From: a virus | Virus record (IMG/VR): IMGVR_UViG_3300021962_000044 | Coordinates: 47,076-111,075 of that record | Length of the DNA: 64,000 bases | Reading direction: 5' to 3' (one strand) | In this document: piece after piece, positions 47,052 to 56,076 of the stretch | Layout of the letters: the number at the start of each line of letters is the position of its first letter | How positions within the stretch are numbered: the stretch's first letter is position 1 | Notes under the pieces: model-generated | What the model was told of the DNA's origin: nothing | Databases searched by the model: none | Seen by the model: only the letters and a program-made list of their open reading frames with translations | Program-made: the position numbers and the translations under genes

Positions 47052-48940
47052 TAGTGTTTCAATAATAGTGTTGACAATACATCTTGTCTATTAGCACTGA
47101 TATCACCCTCACCCGGGGCAATAATAACATTCCATTTCTTAATGTTATTCTTTTGAGGAGTAGCCATCATCTCATTGTAATCAATGATAGTATCACGTTT
47201 TAAGTTATATTGTTGTGCTAATCTGTCTTTTAATTCGTCTAATGCTGCCGCATCTTTTGGTTGCCATGCACCATCAGCAGTCTTATCTAACTTACCGGTC
47301 TCATCTTTCTTTAATAAGTCATAAAATAACTTACTAGGAACAATACGACTATTTTTTGTAACATCTAATTGCGGGTCTTGTTGTTTAACTTGTTTTTCTT
47401 GACTAGTACTTGCACCTTCACTCCAGTTAACAATAAAGTTACTTGGCTTTTGACCTAATGCCGCATCTGCTATTTTTGTATAAGCATAGAACTTAACATC
47501 AGGATGAGAGGCAGCTAACTTAAATGCTAAATCCATATATTCTGGGCTAAAGAAATCACCAGCATCATGCCAACGAATAGTTAGATTGTAACCACCTTTT
47601 TGTGCTGATTTTTCTTCTTTTGTAATTTCATTACTTAATTGATTGAAGAAACCATCTGGATCATTCAATAAGAAAGTTAGTATTCTTCCGTCGCTTAACC
47701 ATGGCCCTTCAAACTGAACCTTACCGCCCTTCATAGCAAAACAATCCACTTTACATGAGCCGGCACCTGGACATGTATTAACTACTATAAGTTCGTTTGT
47801 ACCTTCATCTAATGCGATACCAACTAATGCGGCAAAGCCAATGTTATAAAATTGTTCTAGTTCACCATTAGAATGTTTCATCTTCTCATTTTGTTTAAGA
47901 AGTTTCTTTGGGCGAACACCTAATGCTGTTTTGATTTGGTCTGTATCGTAGCGTTTACCTTCTTCATTGTAGTATTTGACTACACTTGAGCGATGTATGT
48001 AAGGTAGTTTATATTTGTCTGTTTTACCCTTTTCACGATTACGAATTCTATCTAAGTAATCTTCTAGTTCTTGACCTTTTAGTTCACGTGTTTGTGCTGG
48101 GAGTTTTGTTGCTTCATTTACACCTTGTTTTTTTATTAATGAAATAATATTACTAATACCATTTAATGAAATATCCCTCTCGGATGTAGTTCCAAATTTA
48201 CCAGTTGGGTTTTGCCATGTAAATTTCACTGTTAAAACATTTGAATTAGCAATTTTATCAAGGGCATGGGTTAAATCTACTCTACCCCTATTAGAAATAG
48301 TTACAGGAATGGTTTTAATAGTATTGGTATTATTATTCAACATATACTTGAATTCAGTATTTGGCTGAAAATTATAGTCATGTCCTAACTTAAATGTTAA
48401 CCGTAAACCACCATAATTTATCCAATGAAGAAAAAGGTCATTAGTATTATTAGATGCCATAATTTCTTTATCTTTTTTATCAAATTTTGATGTTCTAATA
48501 GTTACGCTCCATTCACCAATATTTTCAGTTGTAGTATTTGATAAAGCTTCACCGGCTGCGCCCGTTGCGGCTGCCGCGCCCATACCTTTTAAGAACCCTC
48601 TACGGCTAATGTCAGCTTCATTCACACCGTGTTGTTTATGTTGTGTAGATGGTTTACCACGTTTATCACTATCAGGGAACATTATAGACATACTTTTACC
48701 ATAAGCCTGATCAATTGTTTTAGGATCTATTTTAGATTTATCAGTTCTAGCCTTATGTGTAAACTGTGCTAATTGTTCAGGGGACATTTTATCTAATTCT
48801 TCGGAAGACATTTCATCTATTTTTTCTTCCGGTTCATCACCTGATTGAGCAAGGAATTGATCCATACTCATAACTTTGATGCCACCTACAGCACCCGGTA
48901 ATTTGGGTGTCGCACCCTCAAATAATTCTGTAAAGTTCAT
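47051..48940 (-). CDS. Modular polyprotein: Tat-signal module + gp88-like Fe-S/radical-SAM-like module
   Basis: Leader MNFTELFE|G; VNE|ADISRRGFLKG; TCPGAGSCKVDCFA, IRWHDAGDF and FYAYTK (phage gene-88 family pattern). Confidence 0.7.
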   Translation of the reverse strand: MNFTELFEGATPKLPGAVGGIKVMSMDQFLAQSGDEPEEKIDEMSSEELDKMSPEQLAQFTHKARTDKSKIDPKTIDQAYGKSMSIMFPDSDKRGKPSTQHKQHGVNEADISRRGFLKGMGAAAATGAAGEALSNTTTENIGEWSVTIRTSKFDKKDKEIMASNNTNDLFLHWINYGGLRLTFKLGHDYNFQPNTEFKYMLNNNTNTIKTIPVTISNRGRVDLTHALDKIANSNVLTVKFTWQNPTGKFGTTSERDISLNGISNIISLIKKQGVNEATKLPAQTRELKGQELEDYLDRIRNREKGKTDKYKLPYIHRSSVVKYYNEEGKRYDTDQIKTALGVRPKKLLKQNEKMKHSNGELEQFYNIGFAALVGIALDEGTNELIVVNTCPGAGSCKVDCFAMKGGKVQFEGPWLSDGRILTFLLNDPDGFFNQLSNEITKEEKSAQKGGYNLTIRWHDAGDFFSPEYMDLAFKLAASHPDVKFYAYTKIADAALGQKPSNFIVNWSEGASTSQEKQVKQQDPQLDVTKNSRIVPSKLFYDLLKKDETGKLDKTADGAWQPKDAAALDELKDRLAQQYNLKRDTIIDYNEMMATPQKNNIKKWNVIIAPGEGDISANRQDVLSTLLLKH

Positions 48941-49998
48941 AGTATTTCTTTTCTAGCCTTTGCTACCATTTGTTCGGCAAGCATTAGTAATTCTTCCATT
49001 TGCTCAATAGATTCGCAGTTCCATCTACGCAAACTTTTGTTAATGTTACTATTTGGATCTCTTGCTGTCTTGGCACTTGTTCTGCTTTTCTTCATGCCCT
49101 TCATTCTAGCACAGAATGATTTACGGCGTTTAGCAGCCTTACTGCCTTTTTTAAGTTTGCTAGGTTTAGTAGTAACCGCTGTTTGAATCTTGCTACCAGG
49201 ATGACTACGGCGATAACTCTTTACAGACTTTTTACTCATTCCACCTACACGTTTGTTATTGTGTTTTGACCAATTCTCGCCTTCCGCTACACTTTCATCT
49301 AACTCATTCCCAGCGAACTCAATAGCATCATAAGGTCCCCAAGGCTTACCAGTACGGCCATCAATGTCATTTCCAGCATCATCATTGTCACCGTATTCAT
49401 AGTGTTCTTTACTTTGAATTTCTACTCCATCAAACTCAGCATTATATCCGATAAAGTATTTTCTAACTTTGCCGTCAGGACAATGAATACCGCGTTCTAG
49501 CATATTTTCAATAGCGTCTTGAACTTTCATTCTATGTTCTAATGGATTTTTTCCTTGTTTGACCAGGTCCCCCAACATCTCCCATTCCATATTGTACCAT
49601 GCTCTAGCCAATGTTTTTAAATAGTTGCTATCACCCTCGCCACCAGTACTAGGTGCAAGTTCATTTAATGATTCGTTTTGTTGACCTAATGGAATATTAG
49701 CAATATCGTTTACAGTAATATTAACTAAATTAGTTGTACCATTTGCTAGACGGGCAAAGTGCCCCTGATTGTGTAAATTCATCATTGCATAATAAAGATA
49801 GTTTGGGTCAATAACATCTGTACGTACAACTTTAACACCAATCCTTGAAGGATCAAATTCTTTAACAGGCTTGCCCACTGTTTTATCACTACCCTTACGT
49901 ACTAACCAAAAGTCAGCGTCTGGCATATTAGTAGCAATTTTTGCTAGGTCTTTCAGTCTGGTACTGACATTCTCTGATATAATTTCGGTAAATCTCAT
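48937..49998 (-). CDS. Modular polyprotein: HsdS-TRD-like module + unknown module + basic C-terminal module
   Basis: Leader MRFTEIISE|N; joints SLNE|L and LDESVAE|G; C-terminal RRKSFCARM...DPNS.INKSLRRWNC. Confidence 0.65.
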   Translation of the reverse strand: MRFTEIISENVSTRLKDLAKIATNMPDADFWLVRKGSDKTVGKPVKEFDPSRIGVKVVRTDVIDPNYLYYAMMNLHNQGHFARLANGTTNLVNITVNDIANIPLGQQNESLNELAPSTGGEGDSNYLKTLARAWYNMEWEMLGDLVKQGKNPLEHRMKVQDAIENMLERGIHCPDGKVRKYFIGYNAEFDGVEIQSKEHYEYGDNDDAGNDIDGRTGKPWGPYDAIEFAGNELDESVAEGENWSKHNNKRVGGMSKKSVKSYRRSHPGSKIQTAVTTKPSKLKKGSKAAKRRKSFCARMKGMKKSRTSAKTARDPNSNINKSLRRWNCESIEQMEELLMLAEQMVAKARKEIL

Positions 49999-50077
49999 TT
50001 TGTTATCCGTAAATAGTTGACTTTATTGCGTAGGTATGCTACACTATATCTATTATTTATCATTTTGGACTATTACT

Positions 50078-51103
50078 TTGACAAATCAATCTATCAAACG
50101 CATCGGCTTTGCTTGCAAATGGGCAGAAATTAACAAGAAAGGTGAGATTGTTTCAGCCGAAGGTCTTAACACGGGCGGAACTACACAAGCATGGGCAAAG
50201 CGTAATAATCGTAGTGTAGTAGAAGAAAAGATTATGGATGTTGCTAAACGCAATATTATGAATACACACGCACTTGTTAAAAAAGTTGCCACACTTGATC
50301 CAGAATTACGTATGTTGCGTTTGACTAGTGATATGCTCAGTTTCTATACAATGGATGGGTACAAAGAATTTTGGCATTCAACTGATGTACAAAACAGTTT
50401 ACAGCGATGGTTTGCACCCATTGGTGAAACAGCTAGGGCCAATGATGTACGTCTTAGTTTTCATCCAGACCAGTTTGTAGTTTTAGCGAGTGACCGTGAT
50501 GAGGTAGTAAATAAGAGTATAGAAGAATTTGAATATCATTGTGACATGGTTCGTTTTATGGGCTATGGCAAGACATTTCAAGACTTCAAAGTAAATGTAC
50601 ATATCTCGGGACGTAGAGGCCCACAAGGCATTAGGGATGTGTACAATAGATTATCGCCAGAAGCGAGAAACACACTTACACTAGAAAATGAGGAATACAC
50701 ACATGGACTTACTGACTGCTTATCATTATCTGACCTCGTACCTACGGTCATGGACATTCACCATCACTGGATTCGTGAGGGAGAATACATCGAACCTACT
50801 GATGACCGTGTTAAAAGGGTCATTGACAGTTGGCGTGGCGTTCGCCCTACTTTACATTATTCTGTTAGTAGGGAAGATTGTCTTGTTGAACACGCCCGAA
50901 ATGAACGTCCCGCCCATGATGCGTTGATTGAAGCAGGTCACAGTAAACAAAAACTTCGGGCACATAGTGATTACTATTGGAACGATGCTGTGAACGATTG
51001 GGCATTGACATTTATTGATAACTTTGATATGATGTGTGAATCAAAGGCAAAGAATCTTGCCAGCTTTAAACTATACGAAAGATACAAATGTTTGACAAAA
51101 TAA
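50078..51103 (+). CDS. uvsE: UV damage endonuclease
   Basis: RIGFAC, RLTSD, RLSFHPDQF, NVH, LENEE, DIHHH, HYS, AHSD, ESKAK. The promoter TTGACT-17-TACACT (50017-50045) favours the TTG start at 50078. Confidence 0.9.
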   Translation: MTNQSIKRIGFACKWAEINKKGEIVSAEGLNTGGTTQAWAKRNNRSVVEEKIMDVAKRNIMNTHALVKKVATLDPELRMLRLTSDMLSFYTMDGYKEFWHSTDVQNSLQRWFAPIGETARANDVRLSFHPDQFVVLASDRDEVVNKSIEEFEYHCDMVRFMGYGKTFQDFKVNVHISGRRGPQGIRDVYNRLSPEARNTLTLENEEYTHGLTDCLSLSDLVPTVMDIHHHWIREGEYIEPTDDRVKRVIDSWRGVRPTLHYSVSREDCLVEHARNERPAHDALIEAGHSKQKLRAHSDYYWNDAVNDWALTFIDNFDMMCESKAKNLASFKLYERYKCLTK

Positions 51104-51513
51104 AAAACTTATTCAAAAAGCAAGAGGTTAAGCCTGTTGCTAAGAAAGAGCCTAAGACTAAACAAGTTAAAGCTAAGACAGAACTTACAGAAAAAGAAAA
51201 AGCTACGGCGGCAAGTGAACCATACATTGCCATTACTAAAGTAGAAATCAATCCTGAAAATATCAATGATGGTGCATTTGATTTAGATTTCAATGACAAA
51301 TTTGTATTGAATCTTATTAAAGCAGGTTATAGACAACGAGATGATGATACTGATGTTATCATAGTTGATCGGTGGTTTCAAACAGTATGTCGCAATGTGG
51401 CATTAGAGATGTATGAACAGCAAGTAGCTGATCCGGAGAACCGCACAGAAGGTCGTGATGCTAGGGTTATCCGTACTAAGGATTTAGGCAATGGCCGCAC
51501 TGAGGTAAGCTGA
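51088..51513 (+). CDS. Hypothetical protein
   Basis: 141-aa ORF overlapping the end of uvsE. Confidence 0.65.
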   Translation: MFDKIKNLFKKQEVKPVAKKEPKTKQVKAKTELTEKEKATAASEPYIAITKVEINPENINDGAFDLDFNDKFVLNLIKAGYRQRDDDTDVIIVDRWFQTVCRNVALEMYEQQVADPENRTEGRDARVIRTKDLGNGRTEVS

Positions 51514-51545
51514 AATAGTGTTGTTTAAATACAACATTTCTATAG

Positions 51546-51574
51546 TTGACAATTAATGGAAAGGGTGCTATAAT
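51546..51574 (+). promoter_or_regulatory. Consensus sigma70 promoter
   Basis: TTGACA-17-TATAAT with extended TG. Confidence 0.85.
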
Positions 51575-51604
51575 TAAGTATTAAATCGCACAACGGATCA
51601 GATT

Positions 51605-52396
51605 ATGGCAGCTATATCATTCAAACTGTTCAAAAACTCATGTGAAGAACGTGGGTATACCGAACGTGTTTACGAAGAACAAAACAACTGCGTACTATAC
51701 ACCAACAACGGTGTAAAGTGTGAAATTAAAAAGAACCACTATACCGTGGGCTGGCTTGCACGTCCAGAAGATGTTGCCGAAATGCGTAAACAAATCCTAG
51801 CTCAAGGATTTACTGAAAAAACAGGTAAACGTTCCGAAAAACGTAAAGATGCCAAAGACTTTATCAACATTCCTTTTGACGGTAATGTACTTGAAAACTT
51901 TTGGGTCATTGTAGGTACAATTGAAGCTATTGAAACTATTGTACGAAAGGTACGTGGTCAAGCTATTAAGCCTATTCCACGTGAAGTATCTGAACGTAAT
52001 ATCTTTGAAAAGATTGCCAAACGTTTCAAGTATTTTATTGATAGCGAAGATGGATTTGGTTTAGAGAATACTAGGTCATTACTTGAAGGTGATAGTATTG
52101 ACCACTTAATTACAATTGGTGAATCAGTAAAGCGTACTAAAGAGAATACTTATCGTGAACATATTGTTCCTTGTATTTTGATTTACAATCAAGCAGTTAC
52201 AATGACTATGGAAAAATGTAGTGTAACTGAAGTAGCACAAATGATTAAAAACAATTTGGCTATTGTATTGATTACCACTGAGGAAGCTGAATTGCTTGAT
52301 AATGAATTGGACATGCAAACAAGTATGCCTGAAAATTGGAAGTTTGGTGATAGTGTTTTTGCACGACTTGATGTTGCAAAAATACAACTCAAATAA
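51605..52396 (+). CDS. Hypothetical protein with C-terminal His-Me-finger-like motif
   Basis: YREHIVP...IVLITTEE...LD resembles an HNH-like EHxxP nuclease core. Confidence 0.5.
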   Translation: MAAISFKLFKNSCEERGYTERVYEEQNNCVLYTNNGVKCEIKKNHYTVGWLARPEDVAEMRKQILAQGFTEKTGKRSEKRKDAKDFINIPFDGNVLENFWVIVGTIEAIETIVRKVRGQAIKPIPREVSERNIFEKIAKRFKYFIDSEDGFGLENTRSLLEGDSIDHLITIGESVKRTKENTYREHIVPCILIYNQAVTMTMEKCSVTEVAQMIKNNLAIVLITTEEAELLDNELDMQTSMPENWKFGDSVFARLDVAKIQLK

Positions 52397-52400
52397 TAAG

Positions 52401-52429
52401 TTGACAATAAAGTCAACATCTGCTATAAT
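52401..52429 (+). promoter_or_regulatory. Consensus sigma70 promoter with overlapping inverted repeat
   Basis: TTGACA-17-TATAAT; GTTGAC-aataaa-GTCAAC at 52400-52417 covers the -35 box. Confidence 0.8.
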
Positions 52430-52455
52430 CTTATTTTAATTTGTAAGGAAATTAC

Positions 52456-54378
52456 ATGAGTCATTTATATCCAAATACAGTAAAACTAACAACTGCAACA
52501 AAGCAGATTGATTTAGCTTTTATGCGCCCACTACAACGACAATATTTGCACGATGAGATTTTTAAATCCATAAGTGATTCTGAATTGACCAACGATCAAC
52601 GAATTACTATTGTCCCTGCAGGAACTAATGCAGGGAAATCTACTGTTATTACTAAGATTACGATTCCGTACGTAGTTTACCTTGATTCGTCAGTACAATG
52701 TATCACTTTTACATCCCCTGATAGCGGTTGTGTTGACGGTCCTTATCATAAGTTTCATGCTGAGTGGAATGGTAAACGCATCACATGTGCTGATGGTACT
52801 ATTAAACAATTTAGGGCCCGTCGTAAAGACGATATTAAGTTGTCATGGATGATCGGTGAAGCCACATCAGATGAGATTGTTGATGTGTGGTTTGTATCTA
52901 CACAATGGCTACGTCAAATCTGGGGTGAGTACAGTGATCCATGGATGCCAAAATCAATTGGTGTTCCACAATATATTTTTGTTGACGAGATTCATTTTGG
53001 TATGGGCACAATTGATGCTACTACAATCTTTTTGGATCAAGGCCGCAATAACAAGAACTTTGATCCTAAGTGGTTGCCTACTATTTATGGTATGGCAGTT
53101 GCTGGATCACGTGTGCTAGGTTATACCGGTACTGCTACTGTCAGTCAGCAAGGTGGAACTACTTTGGGAGCCGGTGTGTTCAAATCATTGACACCAATGA
53201 AGGAACATAAAAACACTAGTGTGTTTGCAGAAATCTTACCTCTTAAAACTAAGTTACATTCACTCACTTATCGTAGTGAGCTAATGAATACCTACGATTT
53301 GTCTAAGTTGGTTTATGAATTGTCTGTTGACAAGTGTGATAAGTTTTTCAAAGAGATTGATGTGGACACATGGGAGAAAGCAGAAGATATCGGAATTGTG
53401 AAAATTATGCCCGGTGCATTCTTTAAATTTGGTCGTGCTGATGCTACTAAGTCTATTCCATTATACTCTAGTCGCGGCCGCAAGAATGATTTTCTTAAAT
53501 ATGGTCAAGATTTGAATGCCGATATTGGTATTGTGAACAGTGACGAAAAGAATTATACCAAAACAGGTCAATACCCTCAATATTTCAAAGATGCATATTC
53601 TATTATCAGACAAGCTAATCATCATGTTAATATCATTGATCCATTTTTGTTAAGTGTGATTATGCAAGGTAACATGGGTTGGGATATTCCTCGTTTGAAA
53701 CAAATCTCATTCTTGGGTTATCCTAGCGCAAAGAATGTTTTCTTGATGCAATTACAAACAATGGCACGTGCAAAACGTTTAGTGTGTGATGTATATGACC
53801 ACACTGATAAAGCACGTGAGATTGCGGAATTGGATATCTCTATTGAGCAGAAGATTCTGTTGGCTAAATTTGTTGTGTTTGTGAATACAGTTAATATTGT
53901 TATTCCTAACGATGCACCTTTATTGGATAGAGCATATGATGAGTTCCGTAAGAACATGCATACTCCTAATCAAGGTTTAGACTTGTATTTGGATATCATT
54001 AATACACATGTTCCTGTTAAAAAGAACAATGTGGCTAAAATGACCAAACCTCACTTTCACATGGGTTATAACCCCGGTTCACAGAACCAAATGAACAAGA
54101 AAGATTATTGCCAACATTGTACTGATTTGGGATTAGTTAACGACAAAGGAGTTACTTTCTGTGCAATTATTGGGAGAGTACAAGCAGAGGATGAAGCAGG
54201 TCGTAAATTGACTGATGATGAATTTAAAGAGTATTGGAAAGGTCAATTGAAGGTAGATCACCTTAACGGTAACCGTGATGACAATCGTCCAGAAAATTTG
54301 TACACACGTGATGGTATCAGCGATGGATTGAAAACCTTAATCCATAAGGATTACTTGAATAGCTACAAAGCGGCTTGA
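52456..54378 (+). CDS. SF2 helicase-like ATPase fused to C-terminal HNH domain
   Basis: AGTNAGKS, FVDEIH, GYTGT, GWDIP, QTMARAKR; CxxC...VDHLNGNRDDNRPENL...H. Confidence 0.75.
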   Translation: MSHLYPNTVKLTTATKQIDLAFMRPLQRQYLHDEIFKSISDSELTNDQRITIVPAGTNAGKSTVITKITIPYVVYLDSSVQCITFTSPDSGCVDGPYHKFHAEWNGKRITCADGTIKQFRARRKDDIKLSWMIGEATSDEIVDVWFVSTQWLRQIWGEYSDPWMPKSIGVPQYIFVDEIHFGMGTIDATTIFLDQGRNNKNFDPKWLPTIYGMAVAGSRVLGYTGTATVSQQGGTTLGAGVFKSLTPMKEHKNTSVFAEILPLKTKLHSLTYRSELMNTYDLSKLVYELSVDKCDKFFKEIDVDTWEKAEDIGIVKIMPGAFFKFGRADATKSIPLYSSRGRKNDFLKYGQDLNADIGIVNSDEKNYTKTGQYPQYFKDAYSIIRQANHHVNIIDPFLLSVIMQGNMGWDIPRLKQISFLGYPSAKNVFLMQLQTMARAKRLVCDVYDHTDKAREIAELDISIEQKILLAKFVVFVNTVNIVIPNDAPLLDRAYDEFRKNMHTPNQGLDLYLDIINTHVPVKKNNVAKMTKPHFHMGYNPGSQNQMNKKDYCQHCTDLGLVNDKGVTFCAIIGRVQAEDEAGRKLTDDEFKEYWKGQLKVDHLNGNRDDNRPENLYTRDGISDGLKTLIHKDYLNSYKAA

Positions 54379-54403
54379 CATTTATTAAATAGTAGTATAT
54401 AAT
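54375..54403 (+). promoter_or_regulatory. Sigma70 promoter, probably giving leaderless rnh mRNA
   Basis: TTGACA (contains the upstream TGA stop)-17-TATAAT; ATG 6 nt later. Confidence 0.8.
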
Positions 54404-54409
54404 AGACAC

Positions 54410-55414
54410 ATGACATACAAATACGCACTCATCGATACTGCAAACACTTTTTTTCGTGCCCGTCACGTGGCATCACGCAATAGTACACCTGACGAGAAGA
54501 TTGGAATGGCACTACATCTTACACTTGCATCAGTCAATCAAGTAGTTCGCAAATTTGGCATTGACCACGTTGTGTTTTGTTTGGAGGGGAAATCGTGGAG
54601 GAAGTCCTACTATGAGCCATATAAAAAGAATAGAATTGTAGATACACAATCACAAACTCAAGCAGAGAAAGAAGAAAATGAACTTTTTTGGGGAACATAT
54701 GAAAAGTTTACAACTTTCTTACGTGAGCGGACTAACGTAAGTGTCCTTCGTGATCCACAGGCAGAAGCTGATGATTTAATTGCACGTTTCATTCATTTAC
54801 ACCCAGAAGATGAACATTTTATTATCAGTAGCGACAGTGATTACATTCAACTAATTACAGATAAGGTAAAGCAATATAATGGTATTACTAATCAATTAAT
54901 TACACTTGAAGGTTATTTTGATGATAAAGGTCGTATTGTCAAGGATAAGAAAACTAGTGAGCCAAAACTGTTAGGAGACCCACAATATATACTATTCGAA
55001 AAATGTATGCGTGGTGATTCAACTGATAATGTGTTCAGTGCTTATCCCGGAGTACGTAGTAAGGGTACACAAAAGAAAGCTGGGTTGATGGAAGCTTATG
55101 CTGATAGGAACAAGCAAGGTTTCGACTGGAATAACATGATGCTACAGCGTTGGGTAGACCACAATGAAGTTGAACATCGGGTGCGTGATGATTATGAACG
55201 TAATCGGGTATTGATTGATTTGACTTGTCAACCAGATGAAGTCAAAGTATCAGTAGATACAAACATTCGTGGGGGTGTACGTACAACTGTTACTCCTCAG
55301 GTTGGCATTCACTTTATGAAATTCTGCGGTAAATACGAGTTGACTAAGATTAGTGAACAAGCTGATACTTACGCTAAGTGGTTGAACAATCCTTATAAGG
55401 GTTTATTGACATGA
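54410..55414 (+). CDS. rnh: T4 RNase H-like 5'-3' exonuclease (FEN family)
   Basis: LIDTAN, SWRK..Y..YK.NR, EADD.IA, SSDSDY.QL, GDSTDNV, RN..LIDL. Confidence 0.92.
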   Translation: MTYKYALIDTANTFFRARHVASRNSTPDEKIGMALHLTLASVNQVVRKFGIDHVVFCLEGKSWRKSYYEPYKKNRIVDTQSQTQAEKEENELFWGTYEKFTTFLRERTNVSVLRDPQAEADDLIARFIHLHPEDEHFIISSDSDYIQLITDKVKQYNGITNQLITLEGYFDDKGRIVKDKKTSEPKLLGDPQYILFEKCMRGDSTDNVFSAYPGVRSKGTQKKAGLMEAYADRNKQGFDWNNMMLQRWVDHNEVEHRVRDDYERNRVLIDLTCQPDEVKVSVDTNIRGGVRTTVTPQVGIHFMKFCGKYELTKISEQADTYAKWLNNPYKGLLT

Positions 55415-55638
55415 CCTTTACTACGCCTGACAAAATTATTAAAACAATACGTAAAGATGATCCTGACTTTTATATTGATAATGGAATTGCCATAGCGCCA
55501 CGTGCTGGATTTGAAATTAGTAATGATTGCCCAAAACAATATAAACATATGATTGTAGAAGCTATAAAACAGGGTTGGTTACAACCAGTAGCATATATGA
55601 AAGAATCAGAGTATACTTGGGAACAACTAGGAGAATGA
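55411..55638 (+). CDS. Hypothetical protein
   Basis: 75 aa, ATGA overlap. Confidence 0.55.
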   Translation: MTFTTPDKIIKTIRKDDPDFYIDNGIAIAPRAGFEISNDCPKQYKHMIVEAIKQGWLQPVAYMKESEYTWEQLGE

Positions 55639-55639
55639 A

Positions 55640-55837
55640 ATGAATAGAGATTACAACAACTTACAATACATTTTAAACAAAACACCAGATGAATTACATG
55701 AGTGGTGGAACTCATTAGATGATGAGGATCAAGCATATGCTATGGAAATCATTATAGAATATAGAAAAATGTTGGATGAACCCATAGTAGAGGACTTGTC
55801 TTTAGCAAGTAATTTATTAAAACAGTTTATGTTATAA
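55640..55837 (+). CDS. Hypothetical protein
   Basis: 65 aa with AGGAG SD. Confidence 0.55.
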   Translation: MNRDYNNLQYILNKTPDELHEWWNSLDDEDQAYAMEIIIEYRKMLDEPIVEDLSLASNLLKQFML

Positions 55838-56076
55838 TGCCGACACTAGCAGAATATTTCAAAGCAAATCGATATCAGGGTAAATACAGTATCGGTGACC
55901 GTGTTATCGGTAAATGGAATAAAATTCCTTTTGTAGGTACTGTGGGCAATGACACATTGATTAACGAAATTGAAGGACCTAGAATTAGCGTTCATTTAGA
56001 TTTGCCCATTAAATACAAAGATGTGGTTTATAATGTAATTATTGTTAAACATAAGGACATTACACTATATAAATGA
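55837..56076 (+). CDS. Hypothetical SH3-like protein
   Basis: YSIGDRVIG...FVGTV pattern. Confidence 0.55.
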   Translation: MPTLAEYFKANRYQGKYSIGDRVIGKWNKIPFVGTVGNDTLINEIEGPRISVHLDLPIKYKDVVYNVIIVKHKDITLYK

